This document shows, one piece after another, positions 51,678 to 61,600 of a DNA stretch of 64,000 bases. Numbering within the stretch: the first letter of the stretch is position 1; every line of letters begins with the position of its first letter. Origin of the DNA: Marinicella sp. (GTDB lineage: Bacteria > Pseudomonadota > Gammaproteobacteria > Xanthomonadales > Marinicellaceae). The DNA lies in NCBI GenBank assembly GCA_965230295.1, contig OZ246001.1, positions 128,001 through 192,000 on the forward strand, read 5' to 3'. The position numbers were made by a program, and so were the translations under genes. The notes beneath the pieces are model-generated. The model did no database searches, was not told the DNA's origin, and was given only the letters and a program-made list of their open reading frames with translations.

Positions 51678-52118
51678 ATGCATCAAGTTCACGTCACCGT
51701 TTATTTTGACCAAAAATTGGACGACATTTTTGCCCAAATATCAGACCATCGCAAATTCCTCTCAGGTGGCGGGCTGACCTGTCGCATGATGCAAAAAGGC
51801 GTACCCAATAAAAACGGCAAAGGCGCTGTTCGAATGGTCAGGACCAAGAAACGGACATTGATTGAGGAAATCACTGACTTTGAAGAAAATAAAGGCTATG
51901 ACTATTTAATCAAAGAAGTCAGACCCCCAGCTGCATTCACCCACCACAGTGGCTGGCTGGAATTCACTGAAGTCAATGACCAGGTGCGTGTTGATTGGCA
52001 TTCACACTTTACATTCACCACGCCAATCATTGGCCATTTCATTGGTTGGTTGGTCAAAAGACAATTGGAAAAAGTCTTTTTACAGAGACTGAATTATGTC
52101 AAAAACAACCCTGCTTAA
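51678..52118 (+). CDS. SRPBCC (START-like) family protein
   Basis: G.GAVR, EEITDFE and VDWHS pattern; 146 aa. Confidence 0.75.
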   Translation: MHQVHVTVYFDQKLDDIFAQISDHRKFLSGGGLTCRMMQKGVPNKNGKGAVRMVRTKKRTLIEEITDFEENKGYDYLIKEVRPPAAFTHHSGWLEFTEVNDQVRVDWHSHFTFTTPIIGHFIGWLVKRQLEKVFLQRLNYVKNNPA

Positions 52119-52128
52119 AAAATAAAAA

Positions 52129-52485
52129 ATGGTTAAACAATCTTTGTGGTTATTGGTTGGGTTGATCAGCCTGGTGTTGGGTTTGATCGGTGTGCCGTTG
52201 CCTTTGTTGCCTACCACACCTTTTTTGTTGTTGGCGGCCTTTGCATTCGCCAAGTCATCACCTAGACTGCATGCCTGGCTGATGAACCACCCACGATGGG
52301 GGAAAGTCATCAAAAATTGGCACGATGGTGGGCGTATTGACCGCAGGAGTAAAATCCTGGCAGTGGGCTTCATGCTTTTGATGCCGCCGTTAAGTTGGTT
52401 GCTCAATGCACCCATGTGGGCCATCGGTCTACAAATGGTTGTTTTGGTCTGTGTGGCCACATTCATCCTGACCAGGCCTTCATAA
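52129..52485 (+). CDS. ybaN: YbaN (DUF454) family inner-membrane protein
   Basis: GLIGVPLPLLPTTPFLLLA...SSPRLHAWL. Confidence 0.9.
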   Translation: MVKQSLWLLVGLISLVLGLIGVPLPLLPTTPFLLLAAFAFAKSSPRLHAWLMNHPRWGKVIKNWHDGGRIDRRSKILAVGFMLLMPPLSWLLNAPMWAIGLQMVVLVCVATFILTRPS

Positions 52486-52496
52486 ATGGTGATCGA

Positions 52497-52527
52497 ATAA
52501 AAGACCTGAATCGATCAGGTCTTTTAT
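52497..52527. terminator. Bidirectional terminator
   Basis: ATAAAAGACCTGA-ATCGA-TCAGGTCTTTTAT between convergent genes. Confidence 0.8.
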
Positions 52528-52547
52528 CTTTATATTGTCCCTATGTG

Positions 52548-53024
52548 TTACCTGAAAATTTCTCGGTTGTAATCAGCCGTTGCTGACAATGTCGCGATCA
52601 CTTGTCCGGTATTTTTATTGACAACAGTTGCAACCACTGTCAAATCAGCAATGAAGCCAATGGGTAAGATACATAAACTGGGCTCGTAAGCCGGGCAACC
52701 GACATTGCTCCATATCACTTTGTGAGTTGGATCAAGATTAAAAACCTTAAATGCAGCAGTGGTACTGAATGCAGTACCGGTACTGCTGCAGGTTGGACCC
52801 GTGTAAATCTCCCATGCAGGCGTATCAACGAAACACAACAGTTCAGGACCAAAAGATTTATTTAAAACAGCGCCCTTATCAGCATGTTCGGGCATGGCAA
52901 ATTCCAGCAACTCTTGTTGTGTTGCATGATTCATCGGCTTATCAAAAGCTGACACAGAAGCTGTAAAAGACATTCCAATCAACAATGCAAAAGTCAAATT
53001 TCTAAAATTTTTGATAGTATTCAT
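52548..53024 (-). CDS. Secreted hypothetical protein with 4 Cys
   Basis: GAGG RBS, signal peptide ending VSA, then CFVDTPAW...C...C...C in a beta-rich domain. Confidence 0.7.
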   Translation of the reverse strand: MNTIKNFRNLTFALLIGMSFTASVSAFDKPMNHATQQELLEFAMPEHADKGAVLNKSFGPELLCFVDTPAWEIYTGPTCSSTGTAFSTTAAFKVFNLDPTHKVIWSNVGCPAYEPSLCILPIGFIADLTVVATVVNKNTGQVIATLSATADYNREIFR

Positions 53025-53253
53025 AATGTAATCCTCATAAAAAAATAAAACATCCATGTGCTCAATTCCTGGATTACATTTTCAAAACTTCAGTCAAAAA
53101 CCGTTATCAAATTTGAGACGTAATTGAACAAAATTTGGACAAAAACAGTTCCTCTTGAGACAATTATCAACAATAAATACACACATTAACTATTTATGTA
53201 TCTGATATTAAAGGTTTTTTAAATATTTGTGAAAAAATCAAGAAGTTGCTGGA

Positions 53254-53402
53254 GAAAGCTGCTGAGCAGCTTGACCCGCCGAGCTGGTTGGTGAGCATAG
53301 CGAATCAGAGGCGAAGAGCGCGAGGTAGCATGTCATGTTCGTAGTGGACGTTTTCACTTTTGTCTGGAACAAAAGTGAATGAAGCCCCAAGAACATTCCT
53401 TT
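53254..53402. repeat. 149-bp palindrome-rich dispersed element, copy 2
   Basis: About 91% identical to 41550-41698, in the same orientation. Confidence 0.9.
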
Positions 53403-53411
53403 TTATGCTGG

Positions 53412-53657
53412 CTAATTATTCAGTACTTTAACCGGAATAGCGTCTGAATCGATTTCGAATGCATCTCTTAACCAGCCTTTGACTTGCCATACATGGCGAT
53501 ATTTCTTGGCTGTCCCATCATCTTTCTCAAAGACATGGGATGTACCCTCGATATCCACAATAAGATAACAATCATTTTTTAGCCGATGGATCGCTATAGA
53601 CTCATAGCTTTTCTCCTTTAAGGCCTTTAACTGCTTTTGATGGTTTTCATTGTTCAT
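53412..53657 (-). CDS. Small hypothetical protein (81 aa)
   Basis: Overlaps the amidohydrolase stop by 11 bp, which suggests translational coupling; plausible alpha/beta composition. Confidence 0.6.
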   Translation of the reverse strand: MNNENHQKQLKALKEKSYESIAIHRLKNDCYLIVDIEGTSHVFEKDDGTAKKYRHVWQVKGWLRDAFEIDSDAIPVKVLNN

Positions 53658-55287
53658 CGGTTGCTTTGTTGCTGAATACTTTCTGCCCTGCCACCCAAGT
53701 TTCCAGAACTTCAGTCTTCCAGATGTCTTGTGGGTTGATGGCGAAGATGTCTTGGTCGATCACAATAAAGTCTGCTTGCTTGCCCACATCCAATGAGCCA
53801 CTGAATTGTTCAGCATGGGCAGCAAATGCGGCATTGATGGTGAATGACTGTAAGGCCTGCTCCACTGACATTGATTCAGCGCTGTACCAACCACCATCGG
53901 GTTGATTTTGATGGTTCTGACGCGTCACGGCGGCATGTAAGCCATGAAACGGGTTGATCAACTCCACGGGAAAATCCGACCCTGAGGCGACCACCACACC
54001 TGCTTTGATCAATTTTTGCCAGGCATAAGCACCTTTGATGCGTTCTGGACCGACACGATCTTCAGCCATATTCATGTCACTGGTGGCATGGGTGGGTTGC
54101 ATGGAGGCGATCAGGTTGTGTTGCTTGAATTTTTCAATGTCCGTGATACGTAAAATTTGCGCGTGTTCCACTCGATGTCTGAGTAGGTCTGACTTCATAT
54201 GAGGCCGTGCCAGCAAGTCAATCACTTCGGTGTTGCCTTTGTCTCCTATGGCATGGACATTGGCTTGAAAATCAGCTTTGATCAAATAATCCAACAATGC
54301 TTCAATTTGTTCCGGGGTCTGGACATAAGCCCCTTGCATTTCGGGCTTGTCAGTATATGGGGCATGCATGATGGCTCCATAACTGCCCAATGCACCATCG
54401 ATCATCAATTTAACTGAGCGCACAATGAAATGATTCTCGATGTTTAAATGACCCTTCTTGATGAATGTTTTAAAATCCTTACTGCCGCTGGCCAACATGG
54501 CATAGACACGGATGGGTAAGGTTCCAGCTGCAGCCATGTCAGAAAAAATGTCATAACTGTCCTTGCCAATACCGGCATCATGCACAAATGTCAATCCAGC
54601 TGCCGCCAAATCATCAACTGCCAACTTCATGGCTTTGATTTTCATTTCACCTGATATTGCAGGCACCAACTTTTCGACTTCGTACATGGCGTTGTCTATC
54701 AGGATCCCTGTTGGCAGCCCTTCCGAATCTTTTAATATCAAATCATTGTTTTTGGCCGTTTCACGATTGATGCCTGCCAGTTCTAAGGCCTTTGAATTGG
54801 CCCAACCTGCATGGCCATCAATGCGTTCCAGCCAGATGGGTTTGTCTTTTGAGATTTTGTCCAGGTCATAGCGACTCGGAAAAGCTTTATCAGGCCACAA
54901 AACCTGATTCCAACCACGACCGATGATCCAGGGGTAATCCGTGTTTTGAGTGGCATATGACCGGGTTTGTTTGATGGTGGCTTCTAATGACTTGAAACCG
55001 CGCAAGTCAACCAACAAACGTGACAAACCATAAGCCAAAATGTGTCCATGTGCATCGTGTAAGCCAGGTAACACGACCTGCCCATTACCATCAATCACTC
55101 GAGCCTGTTTTAAAGTGTCTTTATCTGCCTGCAGTAATTTTCCGGTTTCAACATCAAAAACCAACTGATTGATTTTATTTAACTTTTTTCCGTCATGGGA
55201 ATAACCATTGATATTCTTGAGGTGAATGATTTCAGCAGTAATGGCCGAACTACAAAGTATCAGAAACAAAGAAAAGTATATTCGCAT
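53647..55287 (-). CDS. Secreted amidohydrolase (Amidohydro_3/YtcJ-like)
   Basis: PGLHDAHGH, DGHAGWANS, DGALGS, HAIGD, EHAQ, GSDFP. Confidence 0.9.
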   Translation of the reverse strand: MRIYFSLFLILCSSAITAEIIHLKNINGYSHDGKKLNKINQLVFDVETGKLLQADKDTLKQARVIDGNGQVVLPGLHDAHGHILAYGLSRLLVDLRGFKSLEATIKQTRSYATQNTDYPWIIGRGWNQVLWPDKAFPSRYDLDKISKDKPIWLERIDGHAGWANSKALELAGINRETAKNNDLILKDSEGLPTGILIDNAMYEVEKLVPAISGEMKIKAMKLAVDDLAAAGLTFVHDAGIGKDSYDIFSDMAAAGTLPIRVYAMLASGSKDFKTFIKKGHLNIENHFIVRSVKLMIDGALGSYGAIMHAPYTDKPEMQGAYVQTPEQIEALLDYLIKADFQANVHAIGDKGNTEVIDLLARPHMKSDLLRHRVEHAQILRITDIEKFKQHNLIASMQPTHATSDMNMAEDRVGPERIKGAYAWQKLIKAGVVVASGSDFPVELINPFHGLHAAVTRQNHQNQPDGGWYSAESMSVEQALQSFTINAAFAAHAEQFSGSLDVGKQADFIVIDQDIFAINPQDIWKTEVLETWVAGQKVFSNKATDEQ

Positions 55288-55435
55288 GACAGAACCTGTT
55301 TAAGAAAGCAAACCATTCTAACACCCCAAGTGAGACTTACACAAAAATAAAACTCCAGTAAAATTTACCGATTTTCTACGAAATATTCATCACTTTGATT
55401 TAAGATATATGTTGATTAAACTCAAGGCCTTACCC

Positions 55436-56560
55436 ATGAACAAATTGAATTCTCTGCTATTAATATTGACTGTCTGTTTTCTGCCAGTTGCCTTTGCTGA
55501 TAACCAAAGCAGCCACAACATCAAAGTCTCCACTTTTGCGGAAGGCTTGGAAAAACCCTGGGGCATGACTTTTCTACCTGATGGTCGTTTGTTGGTGACT
55601 GAAAAGTCTGGACAACTGCGAATCGTCAACCAAGATGGCAGCGTTTCCGAACCTGTCAAAGGAGTTCCTGAAGTCAACGACAGTGGTCAAGGTGGCTTAT
55701 TGGATGTGGTGTTAGACCCCAATTACAATGACAACAGCATGATCTACTTCTCGTATGCCAAGTCTGAAGGTGGCGATCAGTCAAGAACGGCCGTAGGTAA
55801 AGCCAAATTCAGTGAAAATGGATTGGTAGACACCCAAGAGATTTGGCATCAGGCCCAGGCCTGTCGGGCTGGATACCATTATGGTTCACGATTGGTTTTT
55901 GATCGCACTGGCCATTTGTTTGTAACCTTAGGTGACCGCAATTGTGGCAAAGACCAAGTTCAGGACATGAGCACCCATTATGGTAAAGTGGTCAGAATTG
56001 ACACCAACGGTCAACCTGCCAAAGGCAATCCATACCTCACCAAAGATGGTGTGTTACCTGACATCTGGAGCTCTGGTCACCGCAACATCCAAGGTGCATT
56101 CTTGCACCCGGAAACCGGTGAATTGTGGGGCAATGAACATGGCCCCAAAGGCGGAGACGAAATCAACCACATCCAAGCGGGTAATAACTACGGCTGGCCC
56201 GTGATCACTTTTGGTATCAACTACAACGGTACACCCATCACTGACAAGACAGCCATGCCAGGCATGGAACAACCCGTTCATTATTGGGACCCTTCAATTG
56301 CCACATCAGGGATGTTGGTTTATAGCGGAGATGCCTTTCCAAATTGGCAGGGAGATATCTTTACGGGGGCCTTGAAACTGATGCACCTGAACCGGGTCAA
56401 GCTGGACGACAAGCAAAAAGTCATCACCGAAGAAAGGTTACTGAAAGACCAAAAAGAACGCATCAGAGCCATTGAACAAGGCCCGGATGGTCACATATAT
56501 GTGGCCACTGACCACGTTCAAGGACGGATCCTGAAAATATCACCTGCTGATAATCAATGA
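55436..56560 (+). CDS. PQQ-dependent soluble aldose sugar dehydrogenase (YliI/GSDH family)
   Basis: PWGMTFLPDG, GQGGLLDV, HYGSRL, GHRNIQG, EHGPKGGDEIN, NYGWP; signal peptide. Confidence 0.9.
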   Translation: MNKLNSLLLILTVCFLPVAFADNQSSHNIKVSTFAEGLEKPWGMTFLPDGRLLVTEKSGQLRIVNQDGSVSEPVKGVPEVNDSGQGGLLDVVLDPNYNDNSMIYFSYAKSEGGDQSRTAVGKAKFSENGLVDTQEIWHQAQACRAGYHYGSRLVFDRTGHLFVTLGDRNCGKDQVQDMSTHYGKVVRIDTNGQPAKGNPYLTKDGVLPDIWSSGHRNIQGAFLHPETGELWGNEHGPKGGDEINHIQAGNNYGWPVITFGINYNGTPITDKTAMPGMEQPVHYWDPSIATSGMLVYSGDAFPNWQGDIFTGALKLMHLNRVKLDDKQKVITEERLLKDQKERIRAIEQGPDGHIYVATDHVQGRILKISPADNQ

Positions 56561-58596
56561 AGTTAAACAACTTGATTGGTCTGGTGCTGTCAGGCATCAG
56601 CACCAGCCTGTGCTCGCAACAAATTCAAGAGACAGCTTCTTCCATTGAAGAACAGCCAGTGATTGTGGTCAGCAGTGATGACCAGCCATTACCAGCGCCC
56701 TTGATGCCTGAAGCCAATCAAGCCAATGCTACGTCAGGAGGAGCGCAAATATTCACCCAACAAAATTGGGAACAACAAAAAGCCACCAACCTCAAAGACA
56801 TGCTGGACTTTGCACCCGGTGTCTTTGTACAACAGCGCAATGGGGCCGAAAGTGCTCGGGTTTCCATCCGCGGTTCCGGGCTGGGCCGACAATTCCAGGG
56901 TGGTGGTTTACAATTGCTCTATGATGGCATCCCTTTGAACACAGCCGATGGTTCGTTTGATTTCCAAGCCATCGACCCTTGGTTGGCTGACTATGTCACA
57001 GTCTATAGAGGTGCCAACGGTATGCGCCAAGGCGGCAGCACTTTGGGTGGCGTGATTAATTTTGGTACCACCGATCCCAACAACCAAGACAATCACCTTT
57101 TACGCTCAGCTGTGGGGAGTTTTGCCACACAGCAAGCGATGTTAAGCCTCAACAGTCAATTTGATCAGGGCTCAAAGCAAGCCATGCGGCTGCGGTTCAG
57201 CCATTTCAATCAAAGTGGCTTTCGGGTGCAAAACCAGCAGCGCAGTAACCGTATTGATCTACAACATCAATTCCAAAATACCGAGTACACGACCCATAAA
57301 ACCAGCTTCTATCACCTCAACACCTATGCGGAACTGCCCAGCAGTTTATCCAAAGCGTTGTTGTTTGCTGACCCTCGCCAATCTCGCGGCTTTAACATCA
57401 ACGGAAATTTTCACCGTGATTTAACCCTGAGTCGTGTGGCGTATCAAATGAGGCACAAAAATGCCAACCACTCAGCCATCGAAATGACCCTGTTTTATGC
57501 CGAAAAACAATTGGTTAACCCGGTGTTTACTTACATCAGCCGCGATTCAGATGACTTGGGCCTGCAATTCAAATGGACCAAAGGCTTCAACACCCTCCAC
57601 TTGCACAGTCAGTATGGCAGCCAGGATGAGTTGCGCCGAGAAAATGAATCGGGTTTACCAGGGGATTTACGTTTGGCCAGAGACCAACAAGCCTTGACCA
57701 GCAGCTTGACCTATGAACATCGACGCCCACTGCTGATCGAACGATTTGATCATGCCTTGACAGGAATTCTGGCGCTTCAAGGCGTGCATGCCCAACGCGA
57801 CATCACAGAAATCAGCTCCAACCGCATCGTCAGCGATCGCGATTACCAACAAATCAATCCAAGGTTTGGTTTTTTGTGGCAACCCAAACGCAACATTCAA
57901 TGGTTTGGTAACCTCAGTCGAAGTTTTGAGGCCCCCACCTTTGCAGAATTGAACAACGGCAATCAACCAGGCATCAATGCCCCCATCCAAGCCCAAAGCG
58001 CCGATACCATCGAACTGGGAACCCGCGGTACCAAAGGTTCAATCAGTTGGGATGCTGCTGTGTATTACAGTCAACTGGACCAAGAGTTCATTCGGTTTAG
58101 ATTTCCTGATGGCGCCACCCGCACCACCAATGCCGATAATTCAACCCACCTGGGATTGGAATCAGCCATACAATGGCAAGTGGCAGATCAATTGAAATGG
58201 ATCACCAGCTACCAATGGACCCAATTCAAGTTGGATAACGATCCTCATTTTGGTAACAACCGCATCCCTGGTATTCCAGAACACTACATCCAATCCAAAC
58301 TGACCTACCAACACCCCAGCGGCTGGAAGATAACTCCCAACCTGGAATGGGTCCCCACTGCTTATTACATTGATTTGGCCAACAGCTTCCGCACCGACAA
58401 TTACCTATTAACAGGATTGACATTGTCCTATGCCAGTTCGCAAGGCTTTGAATTTTATCTGGATGCCAAAAACCTCAATGACCAAACCTATATTTCTACC
58501 TCACTACCCATCCCTGATGCCAATGGCTCCGACGGCAATTACTTTTACAGTGGCGAAGGTCGTGCATTCTATGCAGGGATTAAATGGCAGTTTTGA
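56557..58596 (+). CDS. TonB-dependent receptor (YncD/PqqU-like)
   Basis: Plug SIRGSG...LLYDGIP, VYRGANG...GGVINF, C-terminal NLND..Y...GRAFYAGIKWQF. ATGA overlap with the dehydrogenase. Confidence 0.88.
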   Translation: MKLNNLIGLVLSGISTSLCSQQIQETASSIEEQPVIVVSSDDQPLPAPLMPEANQANATSGGAQIFTQQNWEQQKATNLKDMLDFAPGVFVQQRNGAESARVSIRGSGLGRQFQGGGLQLLYDGIPLNTADGSFDFQAIDPWLADYVTVYRGANGMRQGGSTLGGVINFGTTDPNNQDNHLLRSAVGSFATQQAMLSLNSQFDQGSKQAMRLRFSHFNQSGFRVQNQQRSNRIDLQHQFQNTEYTTHKTSFYHLNTYAELPSSLSKALLFADPRQSRGFNINGNFHRDLTLSRVAYQMRHKNANHSAIEMTLFYAEKQLVNPVFTYISRDSDDLGLQFKWTKGFNTLHLHSQYGSQDELRRENESGLPGDLRLARDQQALTSSLTYEHRRPLLIERFDHALTGILALQGVHAQRDITEISSNRIVSDRDYQQINPRFGFLWQPKRNIQWFGNLSRSFEAPTFAELNNGNQPGINAPIQAQSADTIELGTRGTKGSISWDAAVYYSQLDQEFIRFRFPDGATRTTNADNSTHLGLESAIQWQVADQLKWITSYQWTQFKLDNDPHFGNNRIPGIPEHYIQSKLTYQHPSGWKITPNLEWVPTAYYIDLANSFRTDNYLLTGLTLSYASSQGFEFYLDAKNLNDQTYISTSLPIPDANGSDGNYFYSGEGRAFYAGIKWQF

Positions 58597-58609
58597 TGAT
58601 GATCATATG

Positions 58610-58651
58610 AAAGACGCTGGTTACCGGCCTTCGCCGGTAACCAGCGTCTTT
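58610..58651. terminator. Perfect 19-bp inverted repeat between convergent genes (terminator or REP-like)
   Basis: AAAGACGCTGGTTACCGGC-CTTC-GCCGGTAACCAGCGTCTTT. Confidence 0.75.
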
Positions 58652-58688
58652 AAAAATACCTTTCTGAGCCGGTAAAAATTTGATTGCA

Positions 58689-61600
58689 TCATGTGGTTTT
58701 CTTAGTCACCTTTTTGGCAGTCTTTTTCTTTGCCAATTTCTTAGTCACCTTCTTCTTGCTTACTTTTTTGTCGCTGCTGGCCTTGGTCACCGTACGAGCC
58801 GTTCTCCTTTTGCTGAGATTTTGAATTTTTTGACTTAACTCAGTGACTTTCTCCAACACTTCTGTATGAATACCCAGTTTCTTATTCATCGTCATGATCA
58901 CCGGAATGAATGAAGTTTCCATGGTTTCTGACAAGGAAGCCATGGCATCATCCAAACCAGGTAGGGGTTCATTGGAAACCGTCACTTCAAGGTTCAATTG
59001 CTTAATTGCTTGAGCCAATTCAGCAGTGACTGCTTGTAAGCTGGCTTTGGTTTGCTCTGAAGACGCTTGCTGACCTGAGGTCATTGAGGTACCCAAATCG
59101 GCCAAGGCATCCTGCATGGCAGCCAACTGCGTGGCAATCTTGGTGGCCCCATCGGCCTCATCACCTGCCACGGCATTTCTGATCTTGAATTCAGTTTTTA
59201 TGGCTTCCCAACGCTGTGCATCTTCTTCATTCAAGATACCACGCAACTCTTTGAGTTTAAGCAGGTTTTCTTCTGCTCCTGTGGTCAACAACTGGGCTTC
59301 ACCCACATAGTGATCATCAATCAGTTCTTGTAGTTCTGCTTCATCCATCACCGCCACCACTTTTTCTGCCAACTTGTTCATGTTGCGGTAACTGCCCTGT
59401 AATTTGAATGAAGGCTCTTCACGGTAACGGTCATCCATGGCAGCTGATCGAATGTACTCCTGGTTCACCTTTAAAATCACATCTTGCACTTTGAACAGAC
59501 GCTGTAAGACGGTGACAATCTCGTTGATTTCGCTGGTGGCATAACTGTGGGATAAATCGGTGGTGGCTACATTTTTGCCATGTGCCATATCCATCAGCAG
59601 GTATAAATCATTCAAGTCCCTTAATGCCAATGGTGCCAAAACGGGATTAGAAGTCAGTGAATTTTCAATATAACTTTTGGCAAACACATCATCCTGGCCA
59701 CTGAGCACATCACCCAGGTTATACACATCTGCCCGATTGGCGAGCATGTCCGGTATGCGGAACACCTCGCCTGATTCGGTATAAGGGTTACCAGCCATGA
59801 TCACACAAAACTTTTTGCCGCGCATGTCATAGGTTTTACTTTGTTCTCTCCACACACCTTCTATTTTTCTGGTGCCATCACACAGAGAAATGAACTTTTG
59901 CAGAAATTCTGGGTGGGTGTGCTGAATGTCATCGAGATAAAGCATGACATTGTTGCCCATTTCTAAGGCCAGGTTGAGTTTTTCCAACTCTTGTTTGGCA
60001 GTGGCATTCGGTGCATTGGCTGGATCCAACGATTTCACATCATGGCCCAGTGATGGGCAATTGATTTTCATGAAATTCAAGCCCAATCGATTGGCGGTGT
60101 ATTCCATCAAAGTGGTTTTACCGTAGCCAGGGGGTGAAATCAGTAGCAGCAAGCCCATCAAATCACTGCGTTTTTGTTGGCCCAAAGCACCCATTTGTTT
60201 GGCCAAATTATCACCAATGATGGGTAAATAGGATTCATTGATCAACTGGTTGCGCACAAATGAGGCCAAGGGTCTGGCCTTAAAAGTATCTAAAGCCATT
60301 TCAGCTTTCTGGCTGTGCATCAAACCATGCTTCACTTTGCGGAAAGCCTGGTATTGAGGATTTTGCACCGCATCAAAATGCCCCAATCGTTGCATAAACT
60401 CATCAAACTCAAAACTTAAATCGCGGTCATTGATGTTGCGATGATCGCCCAATAAGTCGCTCACTTTACATCGCAGGTTAACTGGTGACGGATCGAAATG
60501 CTTTTTATGGTCACAAAGAATCAACACGGTAGCCTCATAGACATACCTATTGTGGAGTTGGCGGTCTTCTTCGGCCACTGTGTTTTTAATCATGGCTTTG
60601 AGCCAATAACCCACTAATTGCCATTGTTGTTTGGGGTGAGCAGACAGGCTTTCTAATTGTTTGTTAAAGCCTTTGTATTCAGAAACAGATTCTAAATGTG
60701 AGCGCAACTGATCTGCCAACGCCCTGGCATGAACCGCACTTTTAAAACGTTTGGACTCTCTGACCACAGTCAAATAAGCGTACAAAAACTCTGCAGCAGT
60801 CTTGAGTTCATTCTCATGACAGTCAATGCCCAGTTCGGTAAAATAAGCAAGCATGTCACTTTCGAATGACTCATAAAGCTGCAAACTCATTTCTCTGCCA
60901 CCCAACTGACTGGCAATTTTGTGCGCTGTCAAAGCCTGTTGAGTGTAGTTTTGTTGTCTTTGCTCTGGTTGATTCAACCAATAAAACATGGCCAACGCAC
61001 GTGCTGTGGGTTGGTACATCAACAACGGTGCCCTGCCATAGGCATCGAGTAACTGCTGTAAAATTTTCAGTGCATCATGATCATGAACGCCCTTTTCATA
61101 GCCATCTTGGTATCTTGGATTGGCATAATCCTTCACCACTTGTAACAGGTCATCTGAGGACAACTCGGTTAACTGCATGATGTCATGCTCGCCACTGCCA
61201 TTCAATGCAGCACTGAATATGGCGTAGGCCAGGTATTCAGCCCGATAAACTTCGTTGTTTTCTGAACCAATGGTTTGCAGCCAGTATGCTTGATAACTTT
61301 TCAATGATGCATCATTCACCGGTTCATAGAAATCGGTGCCCGATAAATGAAACACCAATTCATCGCCCTTGGGCAAGATGGTTAAATCCAAAGGTTGGGT
61401 ATTGACACTGAATTTGTGTTTACCCAGTTTGATGGCATTGCCGCCGTCTTCGAAGATGTCCTTTTTATCCCTTAAACTGCGGATTGCTTGCTCTTTGACA
61501 GCTTTCAGCTTGGCTTCCACGTCATCGGCTTTGACGTTGTCATCCAATTCACGTAATTGAACAACCAGATCAGCCACTTTGTGCACCATGGGGTCCGATG

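Noticed and set aside
41550-53402. Possible CRISPR array or IS ends to go with the CARF gene
   Set aside because: Only two copies 11.7 kb apart, no repeat-spacer periodicity, no cas or transposase genes, and ordinary genes between them.
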